Position numbers and translations under genes: made by a program
The notes under the pieces: generated by a model
What the model was told of the DNA's origin: nothing
Databases searched by the model: none
The model's input: only the letters and a program-made list of their open reading frames with translations
Source of the DNA: Myxococcota bacterium
GTDB lineage: Bacteria > Myxococcota_A > SURF-8
Length of the DNA: 64,000 nucleotides
Direction of reading: 5' to 3'
NCBI GenBank assembly: GCA_965140415.1
Contig: OZ223209.1
Span: 992,001-1,056,000, forward strand
In this document: positions 56,223-64,000 of the stretch, one piece after another
Layout of the letters: every line of letters starts with the position of its first letter
How positions within the stretch are numbered: the first letter of the stretch is position 1

Positions 56223-57551
56223 CTAGTACGTCAGTGCCAGGCTGATGGTGTAGGCCAGCACCAGGGATTGCTCGATCTTCACGCGCGCGCCGATTTCGTT
56301 GATCTGGGTGTTGTAACCGCTGGTGTCGGAGGGGCGCAGGGTCGAGTATTCCAGGTTTTCGGGCAAGGAGAGGAAGTGCTCGGTGCGATGACCGATGGTA
56401 ACGTCCGCCCGGAGTTGCAAATAGTGATACAAGGTCGCATAGAACCCCACCATGCCGCGCAGGTAAACGTAGCGATCCTCGATGGGCAGTTCGTAATCGG
56501 GAGCGATGCCGCCCGGATAGAAGTAGAAAACATGCGCCGGGTCGTCGTTGGCGCGCGGATCGGTATCCCAGTAGGTCTTGGACGCCGTGTTGTTTTTGTC
56601 GCGTCGCCAGGCCAGCGCGTCGGTAATGGCGTTGAAATCCTGCCCGCGACCGTAGATCGTGGCGGCGAACTGGAAGTCGAAGGCGACCTTCCAGCGCGGC
56701 TCGTTCTGGCCTTCGATCATCTGCTCGTAGGCGATGGCTTCCGTTCCGAAGATGAAGCCGCCCTCGTGGCGCGGATCGTCGATCAGGTCGCCCAGGGAAA
56801 CGGGAGCCGTATAGAACACGCCGAAGTACGGGTCCGCCGCACCGGCGCGCTTGGAAATGTCGATACGGAAGGTAAAGGCCAGCAGTCTTTTTCCGACCTT
56901 GATATCCGAGGTTGCGCCCTTTTCGAGATTATCGGCGTTGGAACCCATGTTCGGGCTGATTTCCTCGCCGGTGGGCAGCGTCAGGTCCATGGTCAAGCGC
57001 AGGGAAGGGTAGTCCTTGTCGCGGTCATTGCTAAGCGGCGCATAGGAAAAACCCAGGATCATGTCGCCGAAGCCGCTGTGTTTGCTCGTCCAGGCGGGAT
57101 AGCCGAAAACGTAGTCCGTCAGCAGTGAGGGCCGACCCGGCCAGGCGAGTTGACTGGAGGAGAAGTCGCCGCCCCAGTATTTGTCGCGCCAGTGCCCGGA
57201 CATGTAACCGTCGTAGGTTTCCAGGATGTGGATCGGCAGCGTAAAGTGCATTTCCAGGTCTTTGTACAGCCCCAGTTTGCCGTTGATGTTCAGAATGTTT
57301 TTGACGTGCTTGTAAACAAACTCGTTCTGGTTGAGCATCTGGCGTTCGGTGGTGCTCAGCGCGTTACGCTCGCGCGTGATCATGGCCCATTCGCGTTCCT
57401 GGAAGAAGGCGATGCCCAGCACGAAATCGAAGGGGTCGTCGTTTACGTCGGCGGCGTCGATGACATCGGTGGTCATGGCCGCCATGACCGTGGTGGGCAG
57501 CAGCACGGAAAGTACGAGTATCGCCAGCATCAGCTGCAAGAGGCGCTTCAT
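56223..57551 (-). CDS. Exported protein, putative outer-membrane beta-barrel
   Basis: Signal peptide; SGFGDM..G motif; amphipathic strands; terminal Tyr. Confidence 0.6.
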   Translation of the reverse strand: MKRLLQLMLAILVLSVLLPTTVMAAMTTDVIDAADVNDDPFDFVLGIAFFQEREWAMITRERNALSTTERQMLNQNEFVYKHVKNILNINGKLGLYKDLEMHFTLPIHILETYDGYMSGHWRDKYWGGDFSSSQLAWPGRPSLLTDYVFGYPAWTSKHSGFGDMILGFSYAPLSNDRDKDYPSLRLTMDLTLPTGEEISPNMGSNADNLEKGATSDIKVGKRLLAFTFRIDISKRAGAADPYFGVFYTAPVSLGDLIDDPRHEGGFIFGTEAIAYEQMIEGQNEPRWKVAFDFQFAATIYGRGQDFNAITDALAWRRDKNNTASKTYWDTDPRANDDPAHVFYFYPGGIAPDYELPIEDRYVYLRGMVGFYATLYHYLQLRADVTIGHRTEHFLSLPENLEYSTLRPSDTSGYNTQINEIGARVKIEQSLVLAYTISLALTY

Positions 57552-57602
57552 TGTGAAACCTCCGACGTTATACAACCACGAAAAGTGGGTTCGATCCGAT
57601 CG

Positions 57603-58265
57603 TTATGACTGCGCGCCGTCCTTCAGATCCCAACTCAGGCGGGCAATCGCGATTTCCGTTTTGGCGTCTCTGATCTCGCCTCGACGGCACATGGTCACGG
57701 CCTGCTGCAACGAACAGGAAAACGGCTCCAATAACTCTTCCATTACCGAACCGTCCAGCGTCGGTTCGCAGCGCCGATCCGGGTCCACCTTGGCCGTTGC
57801 GATCCAGAGTTTCTCCGTGTAAACGCCCGGTGAAGAGTAAAACGGCGCACCCAGTAAGCGGATCTGCCGTTCGTCCGTCAATAACCCGGCTTCTTCCTTC
57901 ATTTCCTCGCAGGCGCGATGCAGCACCCCTTCCGGCGTGTGTTCGCCCTGCTCCAGAACACCGGCGATGATCTCCACCAGAAATGGGGACTCTTCCGGCT
58001 CCAGCTCGCGAAAATGCAGGGCGGGACGGAAAGTCTTCAACAACATCACCATCACGCCGTCATCCGTCTCCCAATATGGCAACACGCCGATGGCGTCGTA
58101 ATTCTTATGGGAGACGACATCCAGACCGTAGGGACGCGAGGCGTCGCCGCTTTCGTAGTGGTTACGAACGCGGAAACGTTGAATCCACGAAATCCGCCCG
58201 GAATCTTTCTCCGGGTCGCTACGGTCCTCCAAAATTTCAATGCGCTCTAATCGTTTCGTTTTCAA
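57603..58265 (-). CDS. NUDIX hydrolase (ADP-ribose pyrophosphatase-like)
   Basis: AGVLE..RACEEMKEEAGL Nudix box; SPG..TE; DAKT. Confidence 0.85.
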   Translation of the reverse strand: MKTKRLERIEILEDRSDPEKDSGRISWIQRFRVRNHYESGDASRPYGLDVVSHKNYDAIGVLPYWETDDGVMVMLLKTFRPALHFRELEPEESPFLVEIIAGVLEQGEHTPEGVLHRACEEMKEEAGLLTDERQIRLLGAPFYSSPGVYTEKLWIATAKVDPDRRCEPTLDGSVMEELLEPFSCSLQQAVTMCRRGEIRDAKTEIAIARLSWDLKDGAQS

Positions 58266-58283
58266 TGTGTTAACAGCTTACCT

Positions 58284-58745
58284 TTATTTCTCGCTCGCTT
58301 CCACGACGCATTGCAGATTCAGTTGCGCTTGCAGGAAATCCACGTAATCCCCGGATGTTTCGGCGGTTCGAATGTCGCTCATCAAATTGGATGGCATGCT
58401 GTCGCCCGCCGAGTTGACCTCGCATTGATCGAGGCAGGTGTCGAGATTGGGTGGATTGTAGACGACGTGCTTGCTGCTGCCCGTTTTGCAGGCGGCTAGC
58501 GCGTTGATAGAACTGTGATAGCAGCAGTCGACCTGCTGGCCGCTGTTGCTGTCTGTGACCTGCTTGATTCCCCGCAGGCAGGTGCCGGCATCGGTTGTGC
58601 TGTCGGAGGCGTAGCAGGCCCAGGTGCCGAAGGCATTGGTCAGGTTCATTGCCGAGCAATAGGTCTGGCAATCTTCGGAATTCATGTCTCCACAGCCGAC
58701 CTGCAATGCCGCTGCCGCTAAAAGCATTAAGACAAACGGTTTCAT
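58284..58745 (-). CDS. Small Cys-rich lipoprotein
   Basis: Lipobox QVGC; multiple Cys. Confidence 0.65.
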   Translation of the reverse strand: MKPFVLMLLAAAALQVGCGDMNSEDCQTYCSAMNLTNAFGTWACYASDSTTDAGTCLRGIKQVTDSNSGQQVDCCYHSSINALAACKTGSSKHVVYNPPNLDTCLDQCEVNSAGDSMPSNLMSDIRTAETSGDYVDFLQAQLNLQCVVEASEK

Positions 58746-58805
58746 GAGTCACCCACTACCCAGCATGGAGTTGATTTCAATACGAAACGACCCTCTATAT
58801 ATTGG

Positions 58806-58838
58806 GCTCACGATACCCGTATCGTGAGCTAACGTCAA
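58806..58838 (-). promoter_or_regulatory. Sigma-70-like promoter overlapped by a perfect inverted repeat
   Basis: TTGACG-N17-TATCGT on the minus strand; GCTCACGATAC-CC-GTATCGTGAGC palindrome. Confidence 0.55.
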
Positions 58839-58972
58839 GGGATTTTTTGGTTTTTGGGCACGGCGGCATAGGGTAAGACGTGGATGTTTTATGAAGAATG
58901 GCGCAGGCGAAGCCTTGTTTTGGCCGGGTTGCCAAGCGACCGTTCCGGCAAATTCGAATGACCGAATTCGGC

Positions 58973-60532
58973 CTATCTCAAACTGCGGACAAGGCGGAAG
59001 CCATGCGAGGGTCCACCTTTTCTCTCTCTTGCTTTAACTTTTCTGTCAGCTAATGATTCTCGAACGTTACATGAAATATAGGCCGCGCGATGGGCTGCAC
59101 GCAGCTCGCATGGATCAACCAAATCGTAACTTCCGCCTCTGTAAGAATAGTTGTGAAGATTTTGGCCCTCACGAAACGGGTCTATATCCGGATTACTGGT
59201 TGTCGATTCCGGATAGCAATCCTCGTCAGATCGATGAATGTACTCCTCCACGTTTCCCAGCATGTCGTAAAGCGTCCAAGCATTGGGTTCTTTCTGCATG
59301 ATAGAACGAGTAGAGTACTCGCCGTTGCAGACATTGGCATAATACCAGGCGATACGATCCAGATTCGGATCCAAGGTCGTGCAAGCACAAGGGCCATCAC
59401 AATCACCATCGACAACGCCGAACTGTTCAAGATTCCCGGAATAAACATCCGTTGTGGTGCCTGCTTTAGCGGCATATTCCCATTCCGCCTCCGTTGGCAG
59501 GCGGTAGCCTTCGCAATCCTGTGGACGCGTTACGCCGTTTAGAGTAACGGTCGCTGTTGTGATCGTTGTCTGGCCTCGATAACAGACCATATAGTCAGTT
59601 GAACTGAATAGCTGGTCTTCCGGCGGAGTATCTTCCGAATTCCAGCAATCGATATTCGAAAACACATAACAGGGCGTTAGTCCCGCTCTTTTCGACAATT
59701 CATTTGCAAAAGCCATGGCATCGAAATCCATGACGCCCTCGACCGGACAGTTTTCAGTACACAGGTTTTGACCGTTGGAGCCGAAATAGGCGGGGTTGTA
59801 ACCCATCAGGGCTTCAAATTCTTCCTGGGTTGCTTCATGCTGCTGAATTTCAAACGGAATCGTTAACTGGACATAATGCAACAATTCGCTATCTTGCCGG
59901 CAAGGGCCTCCACACCACGCAGGATTGCAATTTCCAGTAAAATCTACCGGGCAGGAAAGGCAATCCGGGCTGCCCATCCAAAAGCCACCGGTAGGAATGG
60001 CAACAAAACCTTCAGCCATAGCGTATTCGATATCCTGTTCATTCTCCCAAGTGTCGGCTTCTGTCATTTCATTGGATTCAGTGAACTCGCAAGCATCGTT
60101 TTCTACAAGTTCATCCTCCAAATCGACTTCAACATGTTCCGTAATATCTATATCCTGTTCTATCTCTATGTCCTCTATGTCTGAGATTTCAAACAGGTCG
60201 GAATCCTGCTCTTGCTCCGGATCAGAATCATTTTCAACCACATCCAGTTCCGTAGATTCAACGATGTCGTTATCCAGTTCCATTTCAGAATCTTGATCGG
60301 CGTCCGCTTCTGGGAAATCAACGGAATCCTGATCTCCCAATGCGTCATTTTCCAACACTTCGAATAGTTCCGCATCGGTCAGGTCGTATTCGATGTCGCC
60401 GTCCTGATCGGAAACATCCATCCGATCGACATCCATGTCGCCGTTGGTTTGGCCGTTTTCGTTGGTGCAGGCAACTGCAAGCAGCAGAAAAGCGAATAGA
60501 ATCATGTAGTTCTTGGCGTTCATCGTCCCCAT
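58973..60532 (-). CDS. Lipoprotein with acidic linker and FGE-sulfatase domain
   Basis: Lipobox AVAC; GYRLPTEAEWEYAAKAG, NAWTLYDMLGNVEE, GFRLVR. Confidence 0.88.
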   Translation of the reverse strand: MGTMNAKNYMILFAFLLLAVACTNENGQTNGDMDVDRMDVSDQDGDIEYDLTDAELFEVLENDALGDQDSVDFPEADADQDSEMELDNDIVESTELDVVENDSDPEQEQDSDLFEISDIEDIEIEQDIDITEHVEVDLEDELVENDACEFTESNEMTEADTWENEQDIEYAMAEGFVAIPTGGFWMGSPDCLSCPVDFTGNCNPAWCGGPCRQDSELLHYVQLTIPFEIQQHEATQEEFEALMGYNPAYFGSNGQNLCTENCPVEGVMDFDAMAFANELSKRAGLTPCYVFSNIDCWNSEDTPPEDQLFSSTDYMVCYRGQTTITTATVTLNGVTRPQDCEGYRLPTEAEWEYAAKAGTTTDVYSGNLEQFGVVDGDCDGPCACTTLDPNLDRIAWYYANVCNGEYSTRSIMQKEPNAWTLYDMLGNVEEYIHRSDEDCYPESTTSNPDIDPFREGQNLHNYSYRGGSYDLVDPCELRAAHRAAYISCNVRESLADRKVKARERKGGPSHGFRLVRSLR

Positions 60533-60640
60533 TCCATTCCTGTGGAAGTCCGTTTTCGTAGCGTGTGACGAAGTCCTTGAGTCATAGAATAGACAAATAT
60601 GGGGAAGAATGCAAGCTGAAAGCGGCGACTATTCTACAAG

Positions 60641-60802
60641 GGGCGCATCACAAGATATTGCGATTGACTTTGAAAACGGGTGCCATCGGCTAAGCGAAGA
60701 GAAACGTAGCTTGCCCATGTGGCTCTTTAACACGGGCAAGCCTGCGGCTTAGCCCGCGCCACCCTGAAATCAGACAGGTTTGCAACTTCTTGTGATGCAC
60801 CC
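60641..60802. mobile_element. MITE-like element, copy 3 (most complete), with terminal inverted repeats
   Basis: GGGCGCATCACAAGATATTGC ... GCAACTTCTTGTGATGCACCC, flanked on both sides by TTCTACAAG. Confidence 0.65.
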
Positions 60803-61011
60803 TTCTACAAGCAGGTATCACCGAGAACTGAAATATCCGTTTGACATAATCACATTGTGATAACCCTTTCCGCAATGCCTCGATATACACCCCCAAATGG
60901 AAATTCGCGCCTTGAAATCTCTTGCCTTTTTGCCTTTGATAGAGTAATGATATGAATTCTTTTTAAACGTCTATTATGGGCGGATTCCGGCTGAGAGTAA
61001 GGGAAAAAGAC

Positions 61012-64000
61012 ATGTACAAGAAGGTTGAAAGCTGGGTGGATCTGATCGATTTGGAACATCGCGTTCAGGAGTTCTGGGACGAGACGCAGGCCTTTGACAA
61101 GCTGCGCAAAAAGAACGCGGGAAACGAGCCCTGGTCGTTTCTGGACGGTCCCATTACCGCTAACAATCCCATGGGCGTGCATCACGCCTGGGGACGTACC
61201 TTAAAAGATCTGTTCCAGCGTTATTGGGCCATGAACGGGCGGGATTTGCGCTACCAGAACGGGTTCGACTGCCAGGGCTTGTGGGTGGAAGTCGAAGTCG
61301 AAAAGGAAATGGGCTTCCAGACCAAGCAGGATATTGAAAACTTCGGCATCGACAAGTTCGTCAACGCCTGCAAGGAACGCGTCCGCAAGTTCAGCGGTAT
61401 TCAGACTCAGCAGTCGATTCGCCTGGGTTATTGGATGGATTGGAACGATTCCTATTACACCATGAGCGACGAGAACAACTACACGATCTGGTCGTTTTTG
61501 AAAAAATGCCACGAGCGCGGCAAGATCTATCGCGGCACCGACGTTATGCCCTGGTCCGGTCGCAGCGGCACCGGCTACAGCCAGATGGAAGTCGTGGAAG
61601 GCCGTAAACTGGTCGCGCACGAAGCGATTTTCCTGAAATTCCCGCTACGTGGACGCGAAAAGGAAAACCTGCTGCTCTGGACGACCACGCCCTGGACATT
61701 GACCAGCAACGTGGCCGCCATGATCAATACCGAGCTGGAGTACGTCAAGCTGCGCTGTCTGGGCGATGGCGAGCTCTACTACTTCGCTGCCGAGAACCTG
61801 AACTTCCAGCGCCTGGACCGCGAATTCAAGGAAAAGAAGGAGTGGGTCGATGGCGTTCCGAAGCTGAAAACCCTGTCGCAGATCTTCAAAGAGCGCGGCG
61901 GCTACGAAATAGAAGGCCACATCAAAGGCGAGGAGATGATCGGCTGGGAGTATGACGGTCCCTTTGATGAATTGGAAGCCCAGAAGGAAGTCGGCGGCTA
62001 TCCGTTCACGGATAAAAACGTCGAACTATGCGGAACCACTGCGCATCGCGTCATCGACGGCGGGCGCGACAGCCACGGTGGAGCCGTGGTCGTCGCCGGT
62101 GAGGGTACCGGCATCGTGCATACCGCGCCCGGCTGCGGTGATATCGATCATGAAGTGGGGATGAAGCTGGGGTTGCCGCAGATCGCGCCCCTGGACGAAG
62201 CCGCCCATTTCCTGCCGAAATTCGGGGAGTTGACCGGCAAGCACGCTTTGGCCGAAGAAACCGTGCAGTGGGTCATCGACAGCCTGAAACAGAAAGGGCT
62301 GCTGGTGGCGGTGGAACAGTATCCGCACGTTTACCCGCATTGCTGGCGCTCGGGCGATCCGCTCGTCTTTCGTTTGGTGGACGAATGGTACATCAACATG
62401 GACTGGCGTGACGAGATCAAGGATGTCGTCAAGCAGATCAAGTGGATTCCGGATTGGGGCGAGGAACGCGAGCTGGAATGGCTCACCAACATGCGCGACT
62501 GGATGATCAGTAAAAAGCGCTATTGGGGCCTGGCGCTGCCGATCTGGTTCTGCGACGAATGCGAGCATTTCCACGTCATCGGCGGCAAGGAAGAACTCAA
62601 AGAGCGCGCCATCGAAGGTTGGGAAGAGTTCGAGGGCAACAGCCCGCATCGTCCCTGGGTGGACGCCATCAAGATCAAGTGCGACAAGTGCGGCGCCAAA
62701 ATGCACCGCATTCCCGACGTCGGCAATCCCTGGTTGGACGCCGGTATCGTGCCGTATTCGACCGTCAAGTACAATACGGACCGCGAATACTGGAAAAAGT
62801 GGATGCCCGCCGATCTGGTACTGGAGTGCTTCCCCGGCCAGTTCCGCAACTGGTTCTATTCGCTGCTGGCGATGAGCACCATGATGGAGAACATGCCGCC
62901 GTTCAAAACGCTGTTGGGTCATGCTTTGGTGCGCGATGAAAACGGCGATGAGATGCACAAATCGAAGGGCAACGCGATCTGGTTCGAGGATGCCGCCGAG
63001 AAAATGGGTGCGGACATCATGCGCTGGATCTATTGTACGCACGAAACCACCAGCAACCTGAATTTCGGATACAACGTTGCTCGCGAAGTGCGCGGGAAGT
63101 TCTATAATACTCTATGGAACACCTATTCGTTCTTCGTCAACTATGCGCGTCTGGACGGTTTCACGCCTAGTGCCGAACCGACACCGGTGGCCGAGCGTCC
63201 CGCGTTCGACCGCTGGATTCTGAGCAACCTGCAACTGACTATCGCGGAGGTGCGCAGCAGCATCGAAGCGCAGTATCCGCGCGGAGCGACGCGCGCCATC
63301 AACCAGTTCGTGGAAGATCTGTCCAACTGGTACGTGCGCCACTGTCGCCGCCGTTTCTGGAAGGGCGACGGCGATACCGACAGCCGCAACGCCTATCAGA
63401 CCTTGTACGAATGTCTCTACGCTGTGATTCGCCTGGTCGCACCGATCATGCCCTTTACCACCGAGGAAATCTATCAGAACCTGGTGCGCGCCATCGACGA
63501 AAACGCCCCGGAGAGCATCCATCATACCGATTTCCCGCAAGTGGATGAGACCTTGATCGATCAGCAGTTGAGTGACGACATGGCCGAAATCCAGAACATC
63601 ATCGGCCTGTTCCTCTCTGCGCGCGAATCGGCGGGCGTCAAGGTGCGTCAGCCGCTTTCCGGTGGAGATTATTCTCCCGCCAGCGACAAGCAGCAGCGCG
63701 CCGTCGAACGTTTCGAAGAACTGCTAAAAGAGGATCTGAACATCAAATCGATCACCTTGAAGCCGATCACCGAACCTCTGCCGCCGTTGCCGATCGAATA
63801 TTCGGTCAAGGCCAACCTGAAAGTGTTAGGCAAGCGGCTCGGTAAGCAGTTGAAAGCTTTCAAGGCGGCCTTCAACGAGCAGAAGGATGCCATCGCCGCG
63901 GCGTATACCAAGGGTGAGACGACCTTCAGTGTCGATCTCGGTGGAGAATCGGTGACCTTGGGCAAGGACGATCTATTGGTCAAGGAAGATCGCGCCAAGG
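61012..64000 (+). CDS. ileS: Isoleucine-tRNA ligase, IleRS2-type (runs off the right edge; missing from the ORF track)
   Basis: Translated by hand from ATG 61012: FLDGPITANNPMGVHH, GFDCQGL, WTTTPWTL, GTGIVHTAPG, YPHCWR, DWMISKKRYWG, EMHKSKGN, SNWYVR. Confidence 0.95.
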   Translation, partial: MYKKVESWVDLIDLEHRVQEFWDETQAFDKLRKKNAGNEPWSFLDGPITANNPMGVHHAWGRTLKDLFQRYWAMNGRDLRYQNGFDCQGLWVEVEVEKEMGFQTKQDIENFGIDKFVNACKERVRKFSGIQTQQSIRLGYWMDWNDSYYTMSDENNYTIWSFLKKCHERGKIYRGTDVMPWSGRSGTGYSQMEVVEGRKLVAHEAIFLKFPLRGREKENLLLWTTTPWTLTSNVAAMINTELEYVKLRCLGDGELYYFAAENLNFQRLDREFKEKKEWVDGVPKLKTLSQIFKERGGYEIEGHIKGEEMIGWEYDGPFDELEAQKEVGGYPFTDKNVELCGTTAHRVIDGGRDSHGGAVVVAGEGTGIVHTAPGCGDIDHEVGMKLGLPQIAPLDEAAHFLPKFGELTGKHALAEETVQWVIDSLKQKGLLVAVEQYPHVYPHCWRSGDPLVFRLVDEWYINMDWRDEIKDVVKQIKWIPDWGEERELEWLTNMRDWMISKKRYWGLALPIWFCDECEHFHVIGGKEELKERAIEGWEEFEGNSPHRPWVDAIKIKCDKCGAKMHRIPDVGNPWLDAGIVPYSTVKYNTDREYWKKWMPADLVLECFPGQFRNWFYSLLAMSTMMENMPPFKTLLGHALVRDENGDEMHKSKGNAIWFEDAAEKMGADIMRWIYCTHETTSNLNFGYNVAREVRGKFYNTLWNTYSFFVNYARLDGFTPSAEPTPVAERPAFDRWILSNLQLTIAEVRSSIEAQYPRGATRAINQFVEDLSNWYVRHCRRRFWKGDGDTDSRNAYQTLYECLYAVIRLVAPIMPFTTEEIYQNLVRAIDENAPESIHHTDFPQVDETLIDQQLSDDMAEIQNIIGLFLSARESAGVKVRQPLSGGDYSPASDKQQRAVERFEELLKEDLNIKSITLKPITEPLPPLPIEYSVKANLKVLGKRLGKQLKAFKAAFNEQKDAIAAAYTKGETTFSVDLGGESVTLGKDDLLVKEDRAK

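Noticed and set aside
58973..59150. Second FGE gene tail as a DGR variable region or template
   Set aside because: Codons are mixed rather than NNC-biased, and it is not a near-copy of the 28504 tail
61201..63998. Several minus-strand ORFs (e.g. 62026-63042, 338 aa)
   Set aside because: Antisense shadows of ileS, which is on the plus strand

Overview
Bacterial chromosomal window of moderately high GC. Gene content suggests a Myxococcota/Deltaproteobacteria-like organism; this is inferred from Cys-rich lipoproteins, PEGA/FGE genes and a MYXO-CTERM-like tail. Housekeeping genes: cpoB/ybgF-like, purL, purQ, purN-like, thyX, prkA, a frameshifted ybaK and an ileS that runs off the right edge. A partial aryl-polyene/flexirubin-type type II PKS/FAS cassette has a fused ketosynthase-chain-length-factor gene. 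Much of the rest encodes secreted or surface lipoproteins: a thioester alpha-2-macroglobulin, a P-domain/PPC protein, two ASH (choice-of-anchor D) proteins, two FGE-sulfatase-fold proteins, an M23 peptidase and a MORN protein. Most notable observations: (1) an Asp-Gly-Asp (DGD) linker motif shared by at least nine unrelated exported proteins; (2) two sigma-54 promoters sharing a TGACA-N4-TGTCA upstream palindrome; (3) a three-copy structured ~110-160 bp MITE/REPIN-like element; (4) a GspG-like motif in the macroglobulin bait region; (5) an IleRS with the swapped GVHH signature linked to mupirocin hyper-resistance; (6) an FGE gene tail resembling a DGR variable region, with no RT or template repeat in the window. 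No rRNA, tRNA, CRISPR array, transposase or integrase was recognised. All calls are by eye, with no database searches.
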